Source: Macrostomum lignano (Eukaryota). From it: DNA of 64,000 nt. Shown here piece by piece: positions 1-11,038 of the stretch (its first letter is position 1; each line of letters begins with the position of its first letter). The notes under the pieces are model-generated. The model was not told the DNA's origin and ran no database searches. It worked only from the letters and a program-made list of their open reading frames with translations. The position numbers were made by a program, and so were the translations under genes. The DNA lies in assembly GCA_002269645.1 (NCBI GenBank), contig NIVC01000024.1, forward strand, positions 186,001 through 250,000. The letters run 5' to 3'.

Positions 1-308
1 TCTGATGATGCAAGTACTATACTTTTATCTATAGTTTGTTTCAACCTTCAAAAGCTTTCTATTTGTTTTTAAAAGGTACAAAATCTTAATGATGTCTTTT
101 GCTTCGAAAAATGTCCAAATTTTTACAAAAATGACTTTTTGCCAATTGATAACATACTAATCCAACATTTTACCATTCCTTTATTCTTAGATTGTATATA
201 TTGCACAATATAAACATTTGGTAAAAAATAGGCTAATTAGGCAATGGCAAGCAAAAATATTGACTTTTTTCTATTTTCCAAATATGTCCATCTTATATGG
301 AATGAGCC
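1..308 (-). mobile_element. Partial copy (cut by window edge) of the 786-bp TIR DNA element at 50673-51458, in inverted orientation
   Basis: 1-308 is the near-exact reverse complement of 50673-~50981 and ends in the same TIR, CTTATATGGAATGAGCC. Confidence 0.85.
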
Positions 309-829
309 ATGTGTGTCTCTGTTGTCCCCCCTGATGTGAATCTTGGCTATGCATCAGAGATCTATGGCATACCTACATACATGTTATGTTAGGATCAAAT
401 AAAGTTTTTTTATGTAAAATATGCCATATGCAACCCATAGTTAGGATCACGGCATGCCTATACCAGAACAAATCTTATCAAGTAGTTTGATTGTGCCATA
501 TACCAGAACAAGTACTATCAAAAAAGTTTGCTTGCACTATATACTACAAAGGGTTGCTTTCACAAACTCTAAATTTCACACAGTTGCAAGACACAAATTT
601 TCAAAAGCTTTAAATTTTATGTGTTGCTTATTTCAAACATTGTAAAAAATAGGGTTTAAAAAATGACCCTACTACAACTTTTAAAAAATGCAAAAATTAG
701 TAATTGTCCATTTAAAAAATATTACTAAAACTTGTATTTGAATCTGTTTCATAGAATATGCTATGTTAACATATAAGTCATTATTCAATTAATTTAATTT
801 AATCAATTAATTAACGTCTATTGTTTTTA

Positions 830-1134
830 TGAAGGCTTTATTTTGCTGTCTATTTGTTACTTGTGAAGAACAAAGATTCTATCCAGATGTCCCCCATTGG
901 GGGCGAAGATTGCTAGTAACATGCTAATTTTCTATCAAAGAAAATATTGTCTTGTCAGAAGTTTTTGTGCACCATACTGCGCTAGATTTTTGTCCCTTGC
1001 TTGCTATTGCACCAGAAAGTATCAGTGCAGTGCATGTCCAACCCCTTTATGTGCTGGAATTTTCCATAAAAATGGCCATCTTCTTGACTATGGTATGCAA
1101 TACCATCTACATAGATTCACAAAACAAGAAATGA
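830..1134 (+). pseudogene. Possible decayed C-terminal fragment of a piggyBac-like transposase (cysteine-rich domain)
   Basis: Broken frames give RFYPDVPHWGRR followed by KYC...TRKYQCSACPTPLC...QYH, resembling the piggyBac C-terminal Cys-rich motif. No catalytic core is visible. Confidence 0.3.
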
Positions 1135-1333
1135 AACAACTTTTTTCAACTTTTAGCATATAAAAGTATTTAAAAATAAAAAAACTTCTTTTATAATTGT
1201 CTTTTCTCAGTGAATACTAAAGAAGTGTATATTTTTTAATTTGCTACTCTGCATTGATAATAAATTAAATAAAAAGTATATAACTTTGGTGTACAAAGTT
1301 TGAAAACATTTTTTAGTCTAGGTGTACAAATGT

Positions 1334-1808
1334 AGGCAATTGTCAAGTTTCATTCATTAAATTATTTTGACTCTAGAAAAGTAATCTACAAACTATTTTA
1401 AGTATAAATAAATACTTTAAAGAGACTTAAGCCTGATTAAGCACTAATTCTATGCTTCAAAACTTGTTATAATGTATCTGACACTAGAAAGCTACAATAG
1501 TCTTGTCTTATAATCTATGGCCAGAACATTTGAAAATTTTTTGACTTGAAAAAAGGTATATGGTCAAGTCTAAACATCAATGATCTTTAACAAGTTGACG
1601 AATAACAAACAACTAAAAGTAAAGTTCTAATTTTAGTAAGGCTATGCTACGTGCCATTCATGGGACTTCACAAGCCCTATTTGAAACATATTTAAATTAG
1701 TGCCTGATTAAGCTTAAAATCTTAAAAATAGCTATTTATACTTACAATAGTTTGTACCATATTTTTCTAGAGTCAAACAAATTAAACAAATGGAACTTGA
1801 CAATTGCC
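1334..1808. mobile_element. Fold-back / MITE-like imperfect inverted repeat
   Basis: Arm ~1334-1470 (GGCAATTGTCAAGTTTCATT...GACTCTAGAAAA...) matches the reverse complement of ~1660-1808. No TSD identified. Confidence 0.55.
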
Positions 1809-2059
1809 AAATATGGTCCTATAGTTTTTCCCCTTAAAGATCTAGTATACATTAATATACTCGTAAAATCTAAACAATAATATATAATATAGTGGGATAT
1901 ATATTCTTATTTTAAAATAAATGATTATTGTAGCTTAGGTTTATATTTGAATCTATATTTGAATGAAAAGTGCATTTCTAAAATTTATAGAAAATAAAAG
2001 ACAACTAGTAATAGTATTAATATATAAAGAGAGCACGAGAAATGCTTGCAGACAAATTG

Positions 2060-2283
2060 TCTACCAAGATTTGCCCATCAAGATTTCCCTGCCAAGATTT
2101 TCCTGCAGTGCATTTTGCCCAAGAGTGAATTTCCATTTCCAGTTCTAAGAAAAAAGCTGTGTGGGCACACCTTGGGCTTGGTAGGAAAAAACTTAGCGGG
2201 ATATTCTCTCGCAGGCAATTAATTCACTTGTGGGCAAATTGCACTGCAGGCAAATCTCAGTGGGCAATTCTCGGCGGGGAAAT
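2060..2283. repeat. Imperfect palindrome built of ~16-bp subrepeats (MITE-like)
   Basis: AGATTTTCCTGCAGTGCATTTTGCCCAAGAGTGAATT (~2095-2131) pairs with AATTCACTTGTGGGCAAATTGCACTGCAGGCAAATCT (~2221-2257). Confidence 0.55.
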
Positions 2284-2399
2284 ACTAATAATACAGGCAT
2301 TAGAATGGATTATAAGGTTAATTTAAAAGCAGGCTTAGTGTATTCTAAATGGATCTGAACAGAGTAGACGTTACTTACTACATTAAATTAAAATCTAAA

Positions 2400-3400
2400 A
2401 AGGCCTAGTGCTACTTTAAGTCGAACACTATTATCCGCAACAAAAATTATGAATCAAAAGACTAATAAATAGTAATACTTCCGTGACAAACGCTAATGTC
2501 ATGAGGAATCAGATTGCGTTGCGCAATAATTGTTTATGTCATTCCGACATTCGTTCTATATAGTATAAACTGTCAATAAGGTGAATAGTATTCAATTAAA
2601 GACGGCCTTTGTTTTCTGCATAAGCTTGGATTGTTGTAATATACTCTTATTTTCGTAGTAGTATTGTATGCCGTATAGATTCAGTAAGACATTTGATAAG
2701 TTTGAAGCGCGCGCCCAAGATAAATTACGTGTCTAAATGTACAGTTGAATAGGTACAAAAATCTGGCAAAAATATTTATTCGTTAAAACAAAATAGTTTA
2801 ATATACACAGTTAAAATTAACAAAACCTATAGTACTATTAAAATATAATTTTTTGAAGTTTTTTGTAACACAATCACTAAGATAAACATTTTTTGCAGAC
2901 TATCAGTCTACGAATTATGGCTGGCTGACAAAAATAACTTGCCCGCCTAATTGCCTTAATATAAGAAGTAAGAAATATTCCAACTATTTAGCGCATATTG
3001 CGTTTAAATTTGCGAATGTATTTAAAATAAATCACAATTACAAATTTGAGCATTAAGGTGGGCCTAGTAAGTGTTTGTGTTTCAATGTTCCGCTGATCTT
3101 GCTTACTCAAGCCTCAAGGCCGTTTATGTCTGTCACTTGATTACGCTTTTTGTGCGTTACATATTCTTTTTGATATCGCGAATCTATTTCAAATTTGAAA
3201 ATAATTACTGTTTCTTGGAATTTTAGCTCGCAGCAATCTCAAGTCTTCTCTGTGACTCTGTCCGTAGTGAATCGAGTCGACCTTTCATTAAAAGCAAAAT
3301 TATTTTTAACCCTTGCAACTTTAAACTTTAAATACCCTAGTTTTTTTTTAAATTTACTGTACATGAATATGGTAAATTTAGTATTCACCAAAAGACAGGT
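2400..3400. promoter_or_regulatory. CpG-retaining island; putative (bidirectional) promoter and non-coding first exon of TXNDC17
   Basis: About 35 CpGs in ~900 bp between CpG-free flanks, and a donor-like CAG|GTAAAG at 3399. The link to TXNDC17 is inferred. Confidence 0.4.
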
Positions 3401-3951
3401 AAAGGTAAATTGATTAAAATATCCAGCTTTTTAGTAGCTATATTTATTTATATGGTTATCATATTGAAGTCACTTTGTTATAAATTGATGTAAATTATAT
3501 GAGTAATTATAATTAGTAGGGCCTATCTGGATTCTAAGCCTATCTCAAGATTTTATCAGTCTAGAACCTAGACTAAATATTGTTTTTCTTTTCATACAAA
3601 TTTTAAATAATGGCAAAGCAAATCCAGTTACAAACTTACCTCAATTTCAATCAGTAAATTTATAACAGAACTTTTTCAATTAAATTTTATTTAGCTTTAG
3701 TAGGCCTAGGCCTAGGCCTATCTTATGATTGTCAAATGATAGCTAAAAAATAAAAAATAGAAAGCAAGACATTTAACTATAAAGAACCTTTTTTATAATA
3801 TCTCTATTGCTTTATGATTAGAAATGGCTATTTGTATAAACATTCAAAGTGAAATTGAACAATAAAAAATTAAATATGAACTTTGCTATATAGATTTTTA
3901 AAGTTTTTAAATAATATTCTAGGGTCAAATCAATTTTTATTATTGGGCATA

Positions 3952-4030
3952 TTTTATTTTATTTATTTTATTTTTATTTTTATTTTATTTTTATTTTATT
4001 TTATCTTTATTTTATTTTATTTTATTTACA
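3952..4030. repeat. (TTTTA)n microsatellite
   Basis: Direct reading of the sequence. Confidence 0.85.
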
Positions 4031-6694
4031 ATTTTAATATATTATAATATTAATAAAATTTGTAGAATTTTTTTAACTTTCCTTAGTTTAAAAAAATTAT
4101 TTTAGTACTGAATTCTAATCTAGAGTAAAAAATATAAACATTTAAACTTTAGAAAAATTCCATAGTTTTTAAGACTACCCTTGCCTTATGGCTATTGCAG
4201 CCAACAGCTATGGCATTATTATATATAGCATCTTATGCAAATTGGCCTCTTATAGAATACATGCAATCTGGCATGCTAGCATTGTCTGGCATAAGAAAGG
4301 GGAGTGTCTAGCATAGTTTAGACCTTTTTAAACTTTGGTTGCAAGAAGGTATCCTTATTGATATATTGGGGAAATATGCTAAAGCTATTAATAAATAAAA
4401 TTCTATGCAACCAAATCTTCTTTAGCCTTAACTTGCTACTGTTGCTAAATTTCTAAGGTGCCTTTCATCTAGGTAGGTCTTTTACTAAGCAATTTACCAC
4501 TATCTACTATCATTGAAGCCTATAAGACCTGCCAAGGCTCTATGTCAATCATCTTTATTGACTTTTACAAGGCATTTATTTGACTTGGTATTTTTAGATT
4601 TGCAATTATATTGCAAATCTATTTATATTGGCTTTAGCCCTATTGCACCAGCCAACTAAGTTGTTGCACTGCGGCTGTGCGGTCTTGCACTTCTGCTCTG
4701 GCTGCCTTATCACCAACTTGTAGGTGCTAGTACTAACACTTTAGACTAGGCCTATTGTTGCCTGCCCCACCTATGAATGTGTTTGCATATATCAAGAATG
4801 CAATTAATGCTAATATTTATAGCTCAATTTTGAGATAGCAAATTTCAATTTACCTAAAACACATTGACCAATTTATTTAATCTAGTTATTTAATTATTTA
4901 TTTAAAGCATTCTACTTTTTGCTTTAAAATATTTTCAAATTATATTAATACATATGCCAAATTCAATTAACTATATGAATGAAAAAAACTTTAGAAAGCT
5001 GCAGTTAGCTTTCTATTTTTTTCACTTTTTTTCTGTTTTCTAGTCTCAAAGTTAAACAGTTATTGAGCATAGTTTGCTTAATAAAGTCAAAGCATTTTGT
5101 TATATATATTGACTAGATAAAATCAGATAAGGATTATGTATGATTTAAATATTGCAATGATAACACGTCATGCATATTCATATTCATATTATTATTTCAT
5201 ACTAGTTATAATATTTTGTGATGATATAGTTGTTAAAATATTTATTTGATTGCTTATCAGCTGCTGCCAATAATTGTGGTCATTTGTTGCTAACAATTAC
5301 ATCTTATAACTGCACTTTAGTTTTATGTATGTTTAGTTTTTTGAATTGTTAAAAAAATCATTCTAGTATGCTACCTTACCTCATAATGCACAACAATTTA
5401 CACATGATAAATTAAGGCTTCATCAAGAACCCATTTAGAAAAAAATGAATTTATGTTGGAGGGGTAATTAAGCTAAGTTGGGAATCCTATAATGGCCACC
5501 GAGTTGTTCCAGGGGGTTCTTTCTGCCTATTCACAATCCTACAGCTGTCACTAAATTGTTAGAAGATTTTATTTTTAATTTTATCTTATCCTGCTGATGC
5601 TACAGAGCTCTTGAGTATCCTGGAGTGAGTTTTATAATTTTAAAGGTTCATGTATAAGCTGGCCATTTGAACCAGTTAGAATTACTAGAATTATTAAGTT
5701 ATGAGGTTAGAACTATGGGCTTTCACATAAGTATAGATTGCCCTGGTAGCGCGCAGTGCCCAAGCGGCAAGACACTGTTTAGCTAAGGGGGTGAATAAGT
5801 CCTAAAAAGCAGTGTCTCCAATGGACTGAGGGTGCCCGGTGAATTCTGGTTTCCTGTCTACAGATTTGCTTGTGTCATTCATGACCTGCCATTGGTTGTT
5901 TAATTCGAAATAGCCACTGGGATAATTCTCCCTTGTCTATTGGCTGATCACACCTTTGTTCTTTGCGGGTCCACTTATTGGCTCATAGACTGTTAGTCTG
6001 ATACTCTTGGTGGATTCCACCTTTGCCCAATGAGCAGTCGCTCTCAGCTTTTGACAAATAAGGAAGGCTTGAACACCTCTAATTTTCTTAGGCAAATTGC
6101 CTCTGTATTCAGGATCGAGTAAAAAGCTCGGTCGCCTCTTTGGGTGCAAAACTCCCGTGTATTTATAATAAGATTGGGGTGGGGGACCAGATTCATTTAA
6201 ACGAAAATTCTTTTCCGAGTTATATTTCCATAGTGACACAAAAATTTAAATTGGGCCTACATCATTTATAATATTATAGCCTTCTTCAAGCAAAAGAAGA
6301 CCATATTGGTATTGTGGTATATAGAGCCTATTATTATTAGTGAGTGAGAGAGTCAAAGAAAGGCAGTGCTAAATAAATTGTAAAGCCAATACGAAACAAT
6401 ACAATACCATCTTTGGAGAAAAATATTTTGTTGAATAGAATAGAGTCAAAAAAATAGAAAACTTGTTTTTTCTCACCTTTATTCCTTTGAAACAGTTAGT
6501 GATTCCGGTTATGACTTATAGTGAGATGAAGCCTTGAACATTAGAGAACTTAGAGCCTTTGAAGAAAAGCAGATAATATAACCCTTTTGCAGTGTCTTGA
6601 CATGATACTACAGTGTTACTTTCCAAGCATGTTTAAAAAATACGAAAAAAAGTGCAAATATTTTGATTCTGATTGAGTATTGATGTTTTTTCAT

Positions 6695-6830
6695 GGAGAA
6701 TTTCTGGGCTGGGTCAGGTTGAGTCAAATTTTGGGTCTGGGTTGGGTTTGGGTTCGGGTCGGGTTTGGGGTTAGAGCTTCGGGTTCAGGTTCTACCCCAA
6801 ACCCAAAAAATGGAAAACCAAACACCCCGA
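6695..6830. mobile_element. Decayed relative of the hAT-type MITE at 54532-54615
   Basis: CCCCAAACCCAAAAAATGGAAAACCAAACACCCC aligns to CCCCGAACCCGGAAAAAATGGAAACCCGAACACCCCC and is preceded by GGGTTCGGGTCGGGTTT runs. Confidence 0.6.
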
Positions 6831-7051
6831 GTTGGGAGTGGCTACTATCATGTATTGAATACCGACTTTAATAAATTGTTGGTATGGATTGTCTGCCCTA
6901 ATTATTCAATAAATTAGGCTATTATTAAGTTGATGCTTTAAAAATTCTGCTTGCCTAAAAAAGGCTCACTCACCAACCAGGCTACTTCAAGTAGCCTACT
7001 GCAACCACACTATATCATATTAAAGATTGCAGTCCAGTTTTCAAGCAAGCC

Positions 7052-9376
7052 ATGGTTCGCGAACTCATCACCAACACTGTAGCAGATTTCAAGTCTCACT
7101 ATGCCGAATTGAAAGCTGATCAGTCTTTGTCCCGGGTCTTTGTCCTATTCATGGCTGGAACTGATCCGGACACTGGTGACAGCTGGTGTCCCGACTGCCG
7201 TAACGCCGAGCCGCACATCGAAGCCGCCGTCAAAGGCCTCGGCGACGATGTCGCCTTTCTAGCCGTGGATGTTGGAGATCGGCCCGGCTGGAAAAGTCCA
7301 GACTGTCCGTTCCGACACCTGGACGAGGCCAAAGTCACTGGGGTGCCTACGCTGTTTGAAATCAAGTCGGTAAGTGCTGGCTAGTTTTACAGTAGGAATT
7401 TCAAAATTTAGGTCAAATCGACAATATGAACACCTAATAGATATTCAACCATTTTGATTGGTTCTTTTGTTTGTTTTTTCTAGAATAATTTAATTTTCAC
7501 CTTCGCAACTTCAGTCCCCAGCCTCTCAATCCAGAACCAGGCATTTGACCCACCCCAAACCAATGTATACACTTTGACCCCTCCCCAAACCAATGTACAC
7601 ACTGACCCCTCCCCAAACCAATGTTACATACTTTGACCCCTCCCCAAACCAATGTACACACTCTGACCCCTCCCCAAACCAATGTACACACTCTGACCCC
7701 TCCCCAAACCAATGTACACACTCTGACCCCTCCCCAAACCAATGTACACACTCTGACCCCTCCCCAAACCAATGTACACACTTTGACTCCTCCCCAAACC
7801 AATGTACACACTTTGACTCCTCCCCAAACCAATGTACACACTCTGACCCCTCCCCAAACCAATGTACACACTTTGACTCCTCCCCAAACCAATGTACACA
7901 CTTTGACCCCTCCCCAAACCAATGTTACATACTTTGACCCCTCCCCAAACCAATGTACACACTCTGACCCCTCCCCAAACCAATGTACACACTTTGACCC
8001 CTCCCCAACCAATGTGCACACTCTAACACACTCTGTACAATGTATACACCCCTTACCCCAGCCCAATGTACCAGACCCCTTACCCCAGCCCAATGTACCA
8101 GACCCCTTACCCCAGCCCAATGTACACACCCCCTTACCCCAGCCCAATGTACACACCCCTTACCCCAGCTCAATGTACACACCCCTTACCCCAGCCCAAT
8201 GTACACACCCCCTTACCCCAGCCCAATATACACACCCCCTTACCCCAGCCCAATATACACACCCCCTTACCCCAGCCCAATGTACACACCCCCTTACCCC
8301 AGCCCAATGTTCACACCCCTTATCCCAGCCCAATGTACACACCCCTTACCCCAGCCCAATGCACACACCCCCTTACCCCAGCCCAATATACACACCCCCT
8401 TACCCCAGCCCAATATACACACCCCCTTATCCCAGCCCAATGTACACACCCCCTTACCCCAGCCCAATGTACACACCCCTGTTCTAACTGCCCTGTGGTG
8501 TCACTGGCTGACCAATAATTGCAAGTCTTACAGACTGCTAGAGTTATAGCGCACTTGGCACTCTTAACTGCCTAGCCCCTCATCTGAGCGGGCCTGTGTA
8601 TTTAACCAAACAGTTTCTCATACCACCTCAACACGGGGCCTTAGATTGGCTCACCGGAGAGACCGGGTAAGACAGAGCGATACCGGCACATAGACATTAC
8701 TCACACACACACTGAGGGTGGGGAGGCCGGGGATGAGACAGCTTACTCAGCTGTCTGTGCTTGGGAAAGGGAGCATGGGTGCACTGGGTACGCCTCGCTC
8801 ACAGTCACAACAACCCCCTTACCCCAGCCCAATGTACACACCCCCTTACCCCAGCCCAATGTACACACCCCTTACCCCAGCCCAATGTACACACCCCCTT
8901 ACCCCAGCCCAATGTACACACCCCCTTACCCAGCCCAATGTACACACCCCCTTACCCCAGCCCAATGTACACACCCCTTACCCCAGCCCAATGTACGCAC
9001 CCCTTACCCCAGCCCAATGTACACACCCCCTTACCCCAGCCCAATGTACACACCCCCTTACCCAGCCCAATGTACACACCCCTTACCCCAGCCCAATGTA
9101 CACACCCCTTACCCCAGCCCAATGTACACACCCCCTTACCCCAGCCCAATGTACACACCCCCTTACCCCAGCCCAATGTACACACCCCCTTACCCCAGCC
9201 CAATGTACACACCCCCTTACCCAGCCCAATGTACACACCCCCTTACCCCAGCCCAATGTACACACCCCCTTACCCCAGCCCAATGTACACACAGTCACCC
9301 ACCTCAAATTCAGGGCCGCGAGCTGAATGGTGACGATTGTCAGGATGGCGCAAAGGTTGCCGCCTTCTTTGCTTAA
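7052..9376 (+). CDS. TXNDC17: Thioredoxin domain-containing protein 17 (TRP14), 126 aa, 2 coding exons
   Basis: Exons 7052-7369 (donor TCG|GTAAGT) and 9314-9376 (acceptor TTCAG|), phase 0. Contains SWCPDC active site, VGDRPGWKSPDCPFR and VTGVPTL, typical of TRP14. Confidence 0.93.
7545..8479. repeat. Intronic minisatellite: 27-bp unit CCCCTCCCCAAACCAATGTACACACTCTGA-type grading into 24-25-bp CCCCTTACCCCAGCCCAATGTACACA-type
   Basis: Direct tandem periodicity; fills the TXNDC17 intron. Confidence 0.95.
8480..8812. mobile_element. Solo LTR (333 bp) inserted in the minisatellite
   Basis: Termini TGTTCTAACTG...CAGTCACAACA (TG...CA, short imperfect inverted ends), with a 5-bp TSD ACCCC at 8475-8479 and 8813-8817 splitting one repeat unit. 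Confidence 0.8.
8813..9291. repeat. Continuation of the 24-25-bp intronic minisatellite
   Basis: Same unit as 8040-8479. Confidence 0.95.
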
Positions 9377-11038
9377 CCACCGATGCCTCTAACACAACAG
9401 GGCCTGAGCTTCGATAATCCCTGAGTGACTTTCTCTCCCTGCGCTGTCTCTCGATCACTTCTCAAATAGTCTGTTTTGTGTTTCCTACTTATATCCACAT
9501 TTATAAAGTGAATTTAATTCGATTAAATCAACTCTGCTTTAACAACGGTTCACACCACCATTGCTTGCTTTCAATGTTAGTTATTTATATAATCATGCAT
9601 AATTTCCGGTATATTTTTAATTCACTTGCACCGCTTTGTTGGATAATAAAAATATTTAATAACCATACATAATATTTGTTTTAAATTTACTTAACAATTT
9701 TACTATCGTAACTTTCTTATATGCCTGCTTTTGTTTTGCTTATTTTGTTTAACTTTAATTTAAACCCGGAACTTGTTTGTGATTTGCCTATTCCAGATTT
9801 TTATTTTAATCACTTTCACATAGCCTACAATGGGTTGCAATATTAGATACGTAAATGATTCTGGTGGAATGATAATCATAATTATAATTACGTTGCTTAT
9901 GAATTGGAATTTGAGCTTGCACAGATTTTATTTGCATACAAACTATATGTACTTTTCCTCTCTGCCTTGCTTCAACAAATGTTGTGTTTGTTACTCTCGA
10001 TTGAAATTTATTTCCAAATCTGTTGTTAAATATTTGGCAGTCCGGTTAAATTTTCATTTTTTAAAAATTAGTGTTGCTATTTATCTTCTTTAGCTATCAG
10101 TTGCGCGTGACAACCGAGAATACCTAAATATATAAATATGAAAATAATGCACTTACTTATTTGTCCCTGTCAATTTGGGTTGGAAATTTTTCCGCTAAGC
10201 TTTTTAGCAAATAATTCAGTCCTTGTGCTTGACCCAATTTATTTTTCGTAAGTAGTAAATCAGGGTTATTTCAATTAAAATCAAGTGTGTATATCAAAAC
10301 TGGCAGCCCCGTATTGGTTTGCTATATGTTATATTTGTAGACAAAATGAACGGGTACTCATCAAACTGACTGGAACTGCTTTTCAATAGTGTGTGTACAG
10401 CGATGAATGGGGCATTGATTCAAAAGATAAAGAACGAGATTAAATAAAGAACGAGCTCCGATTAAGGGCCAGCCAATCACAGGCTGCCGCCAAGGTCATA
10501 AAACGCCCGTTTTGTCACTCGACACTCGCGCAGCATGGGGTAAAAAACTGGGGTGGCTGTCTTTGAACTCGTGGGGGTAAAGAAATGAGCAGAGAAACAA
10601 TCCTCTTTGCGGCCAGCCAATCAAGGGCCTTGGTCAAGGTCAATCTACGAGCGTACATTTGATCTCAGCTCGGGATGGAGGGGTAGAAAACTATGGCTGA
10701 TGTCTAGACAACTAGCCCCCAAATAACGACCAGCCAATCACACGCCTCATCAAGGTCAATCTACTTTTACTTCTACATGTACGAGTATCTCCCACGCGTG
10801 GCATAGGAGTAGAAAGCTGGAGTGGGTGCTTATTGGGTCAGTCACGTTAGGACGGCGTGAACGTGCTCTCTAGGCTGGTTCTGAAGATACAAAACAGAGA
10901 AATTAGCCCCAAATTAACGGTCAACCAATCACAGGCAACGGACAGCTCCATTAGCGCGGTTCAGGGGTAGAAAAATGGGGTGGGTAGGTGTTGCATGTTC
11001 GTTTTCGGTGCTATTTTTATGTACTCGTAGAATAGAAA

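Noticed and set aside
454-3413. Short 60-90-aa ORFs in the AT-rich 5' region
   Set aside because: Composition is non-coding-like and they have no recognisable motifs, apart from the weak piggyBac-like Cys pattern listed separately.
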